This document shows, in pieces, positions 31,250 to 40,176 of a DNA stretch of 64,000 bases; position 1 is the first letter of the stretch, and each line of letters opens with the position of its first letter. The stretch is from Promethearchaeota archaeon (GTDB lineage Archaea > Asgardarchaeota > Thorarchaeia > Thorarchaeales > Thorarchaeaceae). A program made the position numbers and the translations under genes. The notes below the pieces were generated by a model that worked only from the letters and a program-made list of their open reading frames with translations, was not told where the DNA came from and searched no databases. The stretch is taken from positions 4,527 to 68,526 of the forward strand of contig JBHLPF010000020.1 in the NCBI GenBank assembly GCA_048939765.1. The letters are read 5' to 3'.

Positions 31250-32148
31250 TTGCCAACCTCCATCTTCTCCAACAGAGGCTGGATTTTCACTCTATGATAC
31301 CTTCTGGAATTATCAACAACAAGATCTGTCAGTCCCATTGCAAGAGCGAGCATCTCTCCTAAGTATAGAACAGGCAGACTGAATTCTGGATCCAAGTACT
31401 CGATGACCTTCTTCTGCTGCATCTCCATCTGGGTGTAGCAGGTTGGACATACCAACACTATGGCATCTGCACCAGCGTCTCTTATCTTTTCCAGCTTCTT
31501 GGCTGTCAGGGCAAGAGATTTGGACTCATCCGAAGGGGAGATTGGTGCTCCACAGCATGCCATCTTGTCAGGATAGTCTATCGGATTGGCACCTGTCACC
31601 TCAATCAAATCATCCATCCACCTCGGGTCCTCTGCATCATCCATATGAGTCGCATCAATTGGCCTTACAAGATGACACCCATAGTGAGCAGCAATTGAGA
31701 GATTCTTGAGAGGCTGAACTATGTTCTTTCTAATCTTGTCTAGACCCACGTCCTCATGCAATACATGTAGAATGTTCTTCACGCTGACTTCTCCTGTGGC
31801 CTCCATTCCAATCTTGTTCAGTCGTTTGTTTATACGCTCGCGAATTTCGCTGTCGGATTGCAGTGTGTGCCTGACTAAAGCCAAAGTATGGAAGCAGCCA
31901 CTGCATAATGCCACCGTGTCTCTTCCAGTGCCCTCACTGACTGCAATGTTTCTAGCTCCAATTGTGAGCCATGCTTCAAAATCCACACCAGTGAAAGTTG
32001 TTGGTTCTGGGCAACAAGTATGTCCTTCATCAGCGATAAGCTCGATATTCAGTCGGCTTAGAACCTCCCGCATCGTTAGCTCGAAGTGTGGGAGTCTGAA
32101 TGGGATCATACAGCCAGGGAAGTATGTATATTCAATGGCTTTACTCAT
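31246..32148 (-). CDS. hdrB: Heterodisulfide reductase subunit B (second copy)
   Basis: FPGC, TCCP, CSGC, HYGCH, ACCG and CPTC motifs. Confidence 0.9.
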   Translation of the reverse strand: MSKAIEYTYFPGCMIPFRLPHFELTMREVLSRLNIELIADEGHTCCPEPTTFTGVDFEAWLTIGARNIAVSEGTGRDTVALCSGCFHTLALVRHTLQSDSEIRERINKRLNKIGMEATGEVSVKNILHVLHEDVGLDKIRKNIVQPLKNLSIAAHYGCHLVRPIDATHMDDAEDPRWMDDLIEVTGANPIDYPDKMACCGAPISPSDESKSLALTAKKLEKIRDAGADAIVLVCPTCYTQMEMQQKKVIEYLDPEFSLPVLYLGEMLALAMGLTDLVVDNSRRYHRVKIQPLLEKMEVGK

Positions 32149-32659
32149 CGACATCATCTCCTTCGATTGAATCGAGCCTCTTAGCAAGCCCTAGTTCCTT
32201 GAGTACCTTAGAAAGCTGCTCAACTGGAGGACTTCCTAGAGATGGAAGCCCCATTTTATCGCGGGTCTTGAGCATGGGGTCACTAACTTGGATTGTTCTT
32301 CCCTGTGACATAATAGAGCGAGCGCGTTCTAGAGCTATCTGAGGTGTATTTCCAATCGCTAGACCTCTGACCTTGGCAAGGATCAGAATCTGAGGTATTT
32401 TCACATGCTCAGGACATCGTACCTCACATTGCTCACAGGTAAGACAGGACCAGATGAGTTGATTCTCCGTTAAGGAATCATCAGCAAAGATGACTTTCTC
32501 AAGGAAAAGACGAGGATTGAAAGATGAATCAATCTCAGCGACAGGACAGGCACTAGTGCATCGCCCACACTGATAGCATCTAAGCAGTGTTTCTCCTTCT
32601 GGTTGTTGGAGAATCCAGTTTCTAAATACAAGGTCAGACGATATGTTACTGGAAGCCAT
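32141..32659 (-). CDS. hdrC: Heterodisulfide reductase subunit C (second copy)
   Basis: CYQCGRCTSACP and WSCLTCEQCEVRCP motifs. Confidence 0.9.
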   Translation of the reverse strand: MASSNISSDLVFRNWILQQPEGETLLRCYQCGRCTSACPVAEIDSSFNPRLFLEKVIFADDSLTENQLIWSCLTCEQCEVRCPEHVKIPQILILAKVRGLAIGNTPQIALERARSIMSQGRTIQVSDPMLKTRDKMGLPSLGSPPVEQLSKVLKELGLAKRLDSIEGDDVDE

Positions 32660-32721
32660 ATACAGCAACTCCGTTTTATGGATGTGCAATAAGAGAGGTC
32701 ATCGAAGTCACATCTGAATGA

Positions 32722-32739
32722 GTGAATCAGAATTCATAA
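32722..32739. promoter_or_regulatory. GTGAAT-N4-ATTCATAA operator upstream of the hdr operon
   Basis: Matches the motif at 21011 and 37524. Confidence 0.55.
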
Positions 32740-32786
32740 CTCCATTATTTGGGTGTTTGGATTCTCTTTTATGAGAGAGCAATAGG

Positions 32787-32866
32787 ATGGAAGGGTGCTC
32801 AGGACCGCGAGAGGGACGTTTCTCGAATACTCTATCTCACCGGCGTCTACGCATCTCTCTACCTTA
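32787..32866 (-). repeat. Diverged copy of the 16S 3' trailer repeat
   Basis: aagggtgctcag...aatactctatctcacc...tctctctacctta; abuts the stop codon of 32864-33685. Confidence 0.75.
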
Positions 32867-33685
32867 AGAGATGGATGAATCAATAATACGCCTAACACTC
32901 AGCAGCATATTATACCCACGTGTAAGCAATTTCGTCGAATCATGACTCCAAATCTTGCTAGCATGACCCCATTTGAATTTCAATTCACCATATCTCTTAG
33001 AGAGAATCGCGTATCGCTTCTTTAGGGTCTTGGGTTGCGTCCCGGTTCCTTTGGCTTGATCGCGCAAGTCTTTGGCTAGCGTTTCGAAGGATGTGAAATC
33101 ATGTGATAACGTACGAGCAACGGCATTATGTATTTCGGACGGATGATCAATTATTCTGAGTCGTGACCATCTGAACGCCTCTGCTCCTAGACCACGTAAC
33201 TCCTCACTCAGTTTCCTTGAATCCATTAGCACATACTTTTCATCGGATTCCAGTAGTCTTCGTCTTTCCTTTGATTTCAGAACAGGAAATAAGAGGACGC
33301 CGGGTCGTAATCGAATCGAAGTTGATCTTCGAACTAATCGCTCTACTCTCTTCTTCTGGGTGGCAGTAGGATTCCTGAAACGATAGGAAACGACTGAATA
33401 AACACGTCTGTCACCTGCTTCTCCTCCATGTTCACTGACACTCGGAATCTCACGTGCTTTCTTGAAGGCAATCGTCGGTAAGTCCTGTAAAGGTGATTTC
33501 TCAGTAGAAGTTTGGCTTTGAATAAGAAATGCACCCCTTCCGACTCTAACTGCGTTCCCGAGAGATCTGAGCTTCCTTGCAGACGCTCTTATTATCTTGG
33601 CATTGCCCAGAATTACAACAAGCTGTGACTGCCCCTTCATTGTGACATTGATTGCAGTGGAATCAGATACATCTGCATCGCTCAC
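32864..33685 (-). CDS. Basic hypothetical protein, possibly a PaaX/Cas2-like ferredoxin-fold domain plus helical C-terminus
   Basis: YSVVSYRF...KKRVERLVRRS..IRLRPGVLLFP pattern; weak assignment. Confidence 0.55.
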   Translation of the reverse strand: MSDADVSDSTAINVTMKGQSQLVVILGNAKIIRASARKLRSLGNAVRVGRGAFLIQSQTSTEKSPLQDLPTIAFKKAREIPSVSEHGGEAGDRRVYSVVSYRFRNPTATQKKRVERLVRRSTSIRLRPGVLLFPVLKSKERRRLLESDEKYVLMDSRKLSEELRGLGAEAFRWSRLRIIDHPSEIHNAVARTLSHDFTSFETLAKDLRDQAKGTGTQPKTLKKRYAILSKRYGELKFKWGHASKIWSHDSTKLLTRGYNMLLSVRRIIDSSIS

Positions 33686-33925
33686 AATACATCAGTTCTC
33701 CGAAACGACAAATAGTGACACACCTTCGCGCATGTCATATCTGCTAATATTCTTGTCTACGAGGTCTATAACCACTTTTAACAATTAACCAACTTGATAA
33801 CGGAGATTATTCGATAAATAGTGCTCATTGGCCTTTGATTCTGAGTTTGGAGCGTCATTCAGTCCATAATTTCCATGGTCATTTTTTACTCCTTTTTTGG
33901 GCAGCATAGTCAAGAGGTGAACTTC

Positions 33926-34006
33926 ATGTGCTTTGACGATGAAGACATCTGGGCCGATGATGACGACGATTGGGACGACGATGACTGGGATGACGATGAC
34001 GAATAG
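33926..34006 (+). CDS. 26-aa acidic Asp/Trp micropeptide
   Basis: GAGGTGA RBS (33914-33920); MCFDDEDIWADDDDDWDDDDWDDDDE*; mixed GAT/GAC codons. Confidence 0.6.
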   Translation: MCFDDEDIWADDDDDWDDDDWDDDDE

Positions 34007-34080
34007 TCTGAGTCAGATCTGATTCATCAATCTCATCCGTTGTCACTTCGTGTTTCTGAATTAAAAGGAGATAACCTAAA

Positions 34081-34155
34081 ATGGCAAAGAAGAAACCAGC
34101 TACAAAGAAGAAGAAAGCCGAACCAAAGGCGGCTCCTGCCAAGAAGAAGAAATAG
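34081..34155 (+). CDS. 24-aa Lys/Ala/Pro-rich basic micropeptide
   Basis: AGGAG RBS (34066-34070); MAKKKPATKKKKAEPKAAPAKKKK*. Confidence 0.65.
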   Translation: MAKKKPATKKKKAEPKAAPAKKKK

Positions 34156-34230
34156 CAGCATGCTGTAGGATGGGCTCATAGCTCATCCAGACTGCTGTTG
34201 AACTTCAGACTTTTTCTCATTTTGTTTTCA
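34156..34230 (+). terminator. Hairpin plus T-rich tract after the micropeptide pair
   Basis: GGATGGGC-N5-GCTCATCC stem flanked by CAGCA/TGCTG, then ttttctcattttgttttc. Confidence 0.5.
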
Positions 34231-34360
34231 CATTAGTTGACGAGAGGACAGGATGCCCACCAGGTGCCATGGAAACTTCCTCGGATAGGCCTTTTTTCCG
34301 ACGCAGCGAGGAGTGTTTCATCTTCCGACCCATCATTCATTAGCGGGATAGAATCCAATG

Positions 34361-34465
34361 CTAAATAGGAACTCCTCCAGCCAGCATGCTGATGCAGATA
34401 ATCATGGATAATAGAAAGATTGTCAACAACAGCACATAATATGAGAAGAACTCTTCGACAGTCAT
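34361..34465 (-). CDS. Possible 34-aa single-TM peptide
   Basis: MTVEEFFSYYVLLLTIFLLSMIICISMLAGGVPI*. Confidence 0.3.
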   Translation of the reverse strand: MTVEEFFSYYVLLLTIFLLSMIICISMLAGGVPI

Positions 34466-34617
34466 TGTATCATCTTTCGCGCGGTACCCTCGCTTTGGTC
34501 TTCTTTGACTCTTCCTCTACATGATATGAGCTGGTTTGACCGGAGCGGTTCTCTTTTGATTTGTGACTGTGCTCATCGTTTCCCGAGCAGCTCCATCTTC
34601 ATGTTTTCATCTATTCA

Positions 34618-34989
34618 TCATGAGCTGTAGTGTGTAGTGAATGAGCCAGAATATTCAATGGGCCGCATAGACCATTCCGATGCGATCGCATCTGTTTGAT
34701 ATGACGTCTTGACCGGGGGCATCCAAGTTTGTGGGTACATCCAGATCTCAACTATACTCCCCGTGAAGCCTGCAGACTCTGGAACGCGGCCACGCAAAGT
34801 GTTCCTGTATACTGACAGCTGAATCCTATAGTTGGCTATAGTTCCATTCTTCAGGGTAACGCCTCCCTTATAGCTCCCTGATTTGAGACCATAGAATTCT
34901 TTCACATATTTAGGCACGTAGAACAAGTGGTAGTGTCCTGCACCTTTCCTCAATCTTGACAGAAATCTCAAAGGCATTCTAGACTTCAC
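34618..34989 (-). CDS. Hypothetical protein, AbrB/SpoVT-like N-terminal motif
   Basis: FYVPKYVKEFYGLKSG; GTGAGG RBS overlapping the GTG start. Confidence 0.55.
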   Translation of the reverse strand: MKSRMPLRFLSRLRKGAGHYHLFYVPKYVKEFYGLKSGSYKGGVTLKNGTIANYRIQLSVYRNTLRGRVPESAGFTGSIVEIWMYPQTWMPPVKTSYQTDAIASEWSMRPIEYSGSFTTHYSS

Positions 34990-35027
34990 CTCACTCTCAG
35001 CTCTGAATCAGACAGTATCAGAACTAG

Positions 35028-35078
35028 TGTATACATATGTAAACAAAATGTATATAAATATGTCTATCTTTGTATACA
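35028..35078. promoter_or_regulatory. Phased TGTATACA-like boxes in a divergent promoter
   Basis: Boxes at 35028, 35038, 35049 and 35071. Confidence 0.6.
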
Positions 35079-35111
35079 TACGTAGTTTCGTTCGAAAAGG
35101 ATGCTGACACC

Positions 35112-35273
35112 ATGACTGAAGATATGATGATACGAGTTCCGCGTGAGCTCAAAAACCGTTTCGAGAATCTCGCAAAGAAGAACTCGTGGAAAGGCTTTGC
35201 TTCCTTCGTAAGAGAGGCAATACGATTCCATCTAGATCACCATGAAGAGATTGAGAGAGGCAACGGCAGCTAG
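35112..35273 (+). CDS. Ribbon-helix-helix (CopG/MetJ-like) regulator
   Basis: MMIRVPRELKNRFENLA...FASFVREAIR. Confidence 0.75.
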   Translation: MTEDMMIRVPRELKNRFENLAKKNSWKGFASFVREAIRFHLDHHEEIERGNGS

Positions 35274-35471
35274 TCTTCTTCCAAAGAGGCAAGAGGAGAG
35301 GCTGATTTGCACCTCTTGGTTCATTCATCCAAGTATAGGTGCATCCCTCCAATTTCCATAGAGGGCACATTGTCCACTTCCTGCCGCGGCTGTGATTCGC
35401 ATTGTTTTGAATCGATGTGAAGTCGATAGTGAATTGTGGCAGCAATCAATTGAATAGCACATACTTATCGA

Positions 35472-35532
35472 TGTAAACAAGTTTATAACCAAAAGAATAC
35501 ATTATGTATACAAATGTATACTATTGCATACA
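35472..35532. promoter_or_regulatory. Phased TGTATACA-like boxes upstream of the zf-PARP gene
   Basis: Boxes at 35472, 35505, 35515 and 35525. Confidence 0.6.
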
Positions 35533-35561
35533 ATACGGTGGTCGAAGTGTTGAATAGCAAT

Positions 35562-36287
35562 ATGCATCAGACTAATGCCAATCAAGAAGGTAAGCACCAG
35601 AGAATCGAGAGAGGCACGAATTGGGTCGAGATTGAAACCGAATGGGCCTATTGGATTGACTCCGAGTCATTCAACCTCAAACGGTTAAAGAAACGTGCCC
35701 CTGTAGGTGCAATCATTATTGTAAAGACCAGAAAGAAACTTGATGACGAAAGAACATACGTGGATGACTCATTTGGTTTGATTGTGGAAAATGGAATTGA
35801 GGATCTTACGAAGAGAGAAGCAAGCGACATTCTTGCCAAGCAAGCATTGGAATATATGAGATGGTCGAAACATTGGCCGCCTTTCGTGGAACTCAAGGAT
35901 ATTCAAAAGTCAGGAGATGTGAAGGTCATCTTTAAGCCCAGTGAATACGATTCCTTCATTCTCCTTATGACCCGCAACATGATTGGTGCTGATCCAGCCG
36001 AGTTCCTCAGTAAACTCAAGAAACATGAAGCACCAAAGGAACCTTCATGGAGAGTTGAAACTGCTAAATCGGGGAGGTCAAGATGTCGTTCATGTCGAGA
36101 TTACATATTTGAGGGCAGATTCCGAATTGGTGAACCGTATCTCTATGAGGGGAACCTTTCCTACAGATGGTATCACCCAAGATGCGTTGCAACAAGGATA
36201 GATCTGAATGAGCTTGAGAGTCTAGATGGATACAGCAAGCTCAGACCTGATGAAAAACAACGGTTGAAGCATCTATTAGCACAGTAG
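35562..36287 (+). CDS. Protein with C-terminal PARP-type zinc finger (start uncertain)
   Basis: VETAKSGRSRCRSC...RIG...WYHPRC...LDGYSKLRPDEK. Confidence 0.8.
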   Translation: MHQTNANQEGKHQRIERGTNWVEIETEWAYWIDSESFNLKRLKKRAPVGAIIIVKTRKKLDDERTYVDDSFGLIVENGIEDLTKREASDILAKQALEYMRWSKHWPPFVELKDIQKSGDVKVIFKPSEYDSFILLMTRNMIGADPAEFLSKLKKHEAPKEPSWRVETAKSGRSRCRSCRDYIFEGRFRIGEPYLYEGNLSYRWYHPRCVATRIDLNELESLDGYSKLRPDEKQRLKHLLAQ

Positions 36288-36358
36288 GAACTTGGAGTAT
36301 GAATGTCGATGAATCGCCGGTTTGGCGACTCATTATTTCGACAATCCTGTAATGAGAG

Positions 36359-36892
36359 CTAGAGGTCCCCAGAAACTCCACTGACGACGCGTGCAGCTCC
36401 GGCTATGATGAAAGCAATCGAAGCAAACAGGGCAAGTGTGATGAAACCAAGCCCAGGTATAATTAGAATTAGAACAGGTATTGCCGCTCCAATAGCCCCC
36501 ACAAGAAGGTGAAAGCCCCGGGTCCTCATGCTCATATCGGCCTCACTATAGAAGATTATAATCCTAGCAACACCTGAGAAGAAAAGAGCTATTGCCACAA
36601 TTGAGATTAGGAGATTAATTCCAAAGGCAGGAAAGACCAATACTATGAGAGCAAGGGTTACTGACAGGAAACCTGTGGTAACATGTATTGCTCTGTTTGT
36701 TCGTTTGAGACTCGTCACGACTACACCCTTGGAAATCCTTGCTATTCCAATAAGAACAAGGCCAACTGCAAAGATAAGAAGAATGATAGTTTCAGCGAGT
36801 GTTCCACCAAGAATCACCCATGAACCCAATATGATTAGGATCAGACCTACAATCAGATCTAATACTCGAATAGAGTTGGGACTAGAAGACAT
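36359..36892 (-). CDS. HdeD/DUF308 membrane protein
   Basis: Repeated G...I.G..RI TM hairpins. Confidence 0.7.
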   Translation of the reverse strand: MSSSPNSIRVLDLIVGLILIILGSWVILGGTLAETIILLIFAVGLVLIGIARISKGVVVTSLKRTNRAIHVTTGFLSVTLALIVLVFPAFGINLLISIVAIALFFSGVARIIIFYSEADMSMRTRGFHLLVGAIGAAIPVLILIIPGLGFITLALFASIAFIIAGAARVVSGVSGDL

Positions 36893-37089
36893 AGAATTCT
36901 AGCAAGAAATACATCATATCTTTCTTTTCCTTTGCACATCTTAATTCATGAATCAGAATGACAGCTCAATGGATAGTGTTCTTCATGCCATGCTCGTAAG
37001 GAGGGCCGTTCAGAAGCAATTGATCTGTTGGGTGCAATGCTGGAATTGATTGAGTGAATTGAGTGGTTCTGCTTGGTCAACATTGCGAA

Positions 37090-37323
37090 TTAGACGCGTT
37101 GATTAAGTTCTATTGTGTCACGGTCCTGAATTTCATTCTCAGGCGTTGCTAGAGCATTATTGATGTAGCAATCTCCAACATCACTCATTTTCAATCCCAA
37201 TCGATGCAATAGGTCTTGAAAATGCTCCCCGTCCACATGGTTGCACATCAGAATATTATTGGCATCAGGAATGCTGTTCTTGACAGTTTCTTTGAGATTG
37301 CCATAGAGATAAACTTCAATCAT
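37090..37323 (-). CDS. MoaD/ThiS-like beta-grasp protein lacking C-terminal GG
   Basis: MIEVYLYGNL...LLHRLGL...YINN...IQDRDTIEL. Confidence 0.55.
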   Translation of the reverse strand: MIEVYLYGNLKETVKNSIPDANNILMCNHVDGEHFQDLLHRLGLKMSDVGDCYINNALATPENEIQDRDTIELNQRV

Positions 37324-37523
37324 ATTTCTAGATACGTTTCTCAGAAGATAAGGAGTTCGCAAGAGGATTTCTCAGAATGAAGAGAACGCTCAATAGGTGA
37401 AAGAAGGTTGGATCTTAATACCCTATCCCGTCGCCGCCGTACCCATTTCGATTTCCAACTTCTGTGCAAGAACTTCGCTCTGATGTCTACACTTTACGTC
37501 ACACGGAAGTACATGAGAAGACT

Positions 37524-37568
37524 TTTATGAATACTGATTCATAAATTGTATCGAATCATGATTCATTA
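37524..37568. promoter_or_regulatory. TTTATGAAT-N4-ATTCATAAA operator plus a second degenerate site upstream of cdhA
   Basis: Perfect 9-bp inverted repeat at 37524-37545; CGAAT-CATG-ATTCAT at 37552-37566. Confidence 0.7.
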
Positions 37569-37833
37569 ATTTGGTGAGATTTGTTGGCGCGAATTCCTGT
37601 GATAGTGTCCGTGCTTGAAGAGGGCAATTCAGGAAAGATTGTGACAGAACCGGGAAACCTGACTCAGGAATTCGACAAGGTATATGATAAGCAGAGGGCC
37701 ATCATCGATGGGATTCCAAGTATTGGCTGCCCTGTCATTGCCATAGTCAGGGGTGTCTGGGGGGACTAGCGGTGCTATATGCCAGTGTCAAGGGAATCCA
37801 TGCGACTGCAAGAAGAACAGGATTTGTATAAGT

Positions 37834-40176
37834 ATGAAAAAGAAAGCACACTTCAAAGCTGACGAAGCGAAGACCGCTTTGGGCATCTTCAAAGGCCTTG
37901 AGATCAGAATTGGCCAAATTGTGGATGACGAATGGGATGAGCCAATGGGGCCGACCCCAATGCCGAGTCCAACCGGTCTCCGTTCTTGGGATCACAAACT
38001 CTTGTCCAAATACCAACCATCCTACATGCCTTATTGCCAAGTCTGTTGTCTATGTACATTTGGCAAATGTGACCTCTCTGGTGACAAACGAGGCGCTTGT
38101 GGGATTGACCTGAAAGGGCAACAGGCAAGGATTGTGCTTGCAGCAGCCAATATAGGCAATGCAGCACATTTGGCGCATGCAAGACACCTGGTTGACCACC
38201 TAATTGATGAATTCGGTCCTCAGACCGAACTTATTCAAGGGCCTGGCACTGAGATACATGCACCTGTTTCACGGTTGGCAACTGGGATGCGACCAAGAAC
38301 TCTCGAGGATGCAAGCATCATCCTTGACTACTGCGAGAGCCAGCTAGCACACACTCTCTCAGCAGTACATACTGGCCAAGAGGGAAGCTGGTTGGACTTT
38401 GAGAGCAAGGTTCTCCATGTTGGTATGATTGACCAAATAAGCATGGAGATTGCAGACCTTGTTCAGATTGCCACTTTGGATTTTCCAAAAGCCGACCCAG
38501 AAGCACCACTTGTTGACTCAGGCATAGGTATGATGGATACCAGTAAGGCTATCGTTCTAACCATTGGTCATAACATTGTACCAGCAGCATCAATAACTGA
38601 CTATATTACCGAAAAGAAACTGGGAGGGCAAGTCGAGGTAGGTGGGATGTGCTGCACTGCTTGGGACATCACACGACGTGATCCAAGCGCCAAGGTTGTT
38701 GGGCCAATCTCATGGCAACTTAGATACATACGAAGCGGCAAGGCGGATGTGGTGGTAGTTGACGAACAATGTGTGCGGACTGATGTTGTCAGTGAGGCTC
38801 AGAAAGTAAAATCGCCAGTCATTTCGACCAGCGACAAGGCCGTTATGGGGCTGCCTGACAGATCTGATGACTCGATTGACTCGATTGTGGAGGAACTCGT
38901 ATCAGGGAAAATACCTGGCGCATATATCCATGACCACCATAAGGTTGGAGCAGTGGCAACCAAAGTAGCCATTGCTGTCATGCCAAAGAGAAGGAAGATG
39001 AAATTCTTCCCGACGAAGAAGCAGATCCAGAAGATGGCCCAAGATTGCAAGAAGTGCAGCGAGTGCATTCGGTCATGTCCGAATAATCAGCCAATCATGG
39101 AAGCTGTTCTGGCGGCACAGACAGGGAATTTCGAGCCATTACGTGATGTCTATCGCAACTGCATTGGATGTGCACGATGCGAATCTGCATGTCCCAATGG
39201 CTATGATTTGCACAGTTGGATGGTTGTTGCAGCAGAAGAAGATTGCAAGAATGAAACCTACAAGCTTCGAACAGGCAGAGGTGCAATCCAGGACACTGAG
39301 ATCCGAAGTGTTGGACAACCCATCGTCTTTGGCGAGATACCTGGAGTGATTGCTCATGTTGGCTGCGCCAACTATCCAGGCGGAGGGGAAGACGTCTATG
39401 AGATGGCTGAGGAGTTCGCAAAGAGAAGATACATCATATTGACCTCTGGATGTGCGGCGATGTCAGCAGGCTCTGTAAGAGATGAGAATGGACAATCAAT
39501 CTACGAGCGACGTGGTGGTGAATTTGATGCGGGTTGCGTAGTCAATGTCGGTTCATGCGTTTCCAATCCCCATATCGCCGGTGCAGCAATAAAGATTGCA
39601 GCGATTTTTGCCAAGAGGAACTTACGAGGCAACTACGCAGAGATTGCCGACTATATCCACAACCGTGTGGGGGCAGTAGGGATATCTTGGGGTGCCATGT
39701 CACAGAAGGCGGCCTCAATAGCGTCGGGGTTCTGGAGACTTGGTGTTCCTGTGATTGTGGGACCGCATGGCTCAAAATATCGCAGGATGCTGCTTGGTAA
39801 AGCGGAGGATGAGGAGGCTTGGACTGTCTACGATGCGCGCACTGGAGAACGCGTAGTAACTGCGCCGGGTCCTGAACACCTCTTCTATGCCGCCGAGACT
39901 GTTGCGGAAGCCAATGTGATGACAGCAAAGCTCTGTATTAGGCCCAATGACACAAGCAAAGGACGAGCCATCAAGCTGAGCCACTACATTGACATCCACG
40001 AGAACTCGTATGGCTTCTTCCCGGAGGATGTCTGGAGATACATCCGTCGTGAAGCGGATATACCAATCACATTGAAGGACAAGATTCTGGCTCAAATGAA
40101 GGAGAACAAATGGAAGGAGAGGACAATTCCAGATCCAACGCTTCTGAAGGAGCTAGTCGTGGGAGGTGGCAAATAA
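37834..40176 (+). CDS. cdhA: CO dehydrogenase/ACS complex alpha subunit
   Basis: EPMGPTPMP, CCLCTFGKC, GHN, GGMCCT, 2x4Fe-4S, GSCVSN and IPDPT motifs. Confidence 0.96.
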   Translation: MKKKAHFKADEAKTALGIFKGLEIRIGQIVDDEWDEPMGPTPMPSPTGLRSWDHKLLSKYQPSYMPYCQVCCLCTFGKCDLSGDKRGACGIDLKGQQARIVLAAANIGNAAHLAHARHLVDHLIDEFGPQTELIQGPGTEIHAPVSRLATGMRPRTLEDASIILDYCESQLAHTLSAVHTGQEGSWLDFESKVLHVGMIDQISMEIADLVQIATLDFPKADPEAPLVDSGIGMMDTSKAIVLTIGHNIVPAASITDYITEKKLGGQVEVGGMCCTAWDITRRDPSAKVVGPISWQLRYIRSGKADVVVVDEQCVRTDVVSEAQKVKSPVISTSDKAVMGLPDRSDDSIDSIVEELVSGKIPGAYIHDHHKVGAVATKVAIAVMPKRRKMKFFPTKKQIQKMAQDCKKCSECIRSCPNNQPIMEAVLAAQTGNFEPLRDVYRNCIGCARCESACPNGYDLHSWMVVAAEEDCKNETYKLRTGRGAIQDTEIRSVGQPIVFGEIPGVIAHVGCANYPGGGEDVYEMAEEFAKRRYIILTSGCAAMSAGSVRDENGQSIYERRGGEFDAGCVVNVGSCVSNPHIAGAAIKIAAIFAKRNLRGNYAEIADYIHNRVGAVGISWGAMSQKAASIASGFWRLGVPVIVGPHGSKYRRMLLGKAEDEEAWTVYDARTGERVVTAPGPEHLFYAAETVAEANVMTAKLCIRPNDTSKGRAIKLSHYIDIHENSYGFFPEDVWRYIRREADIPITLKDKILAQMKENKWKERTIPDPTLLKELVVGGGK

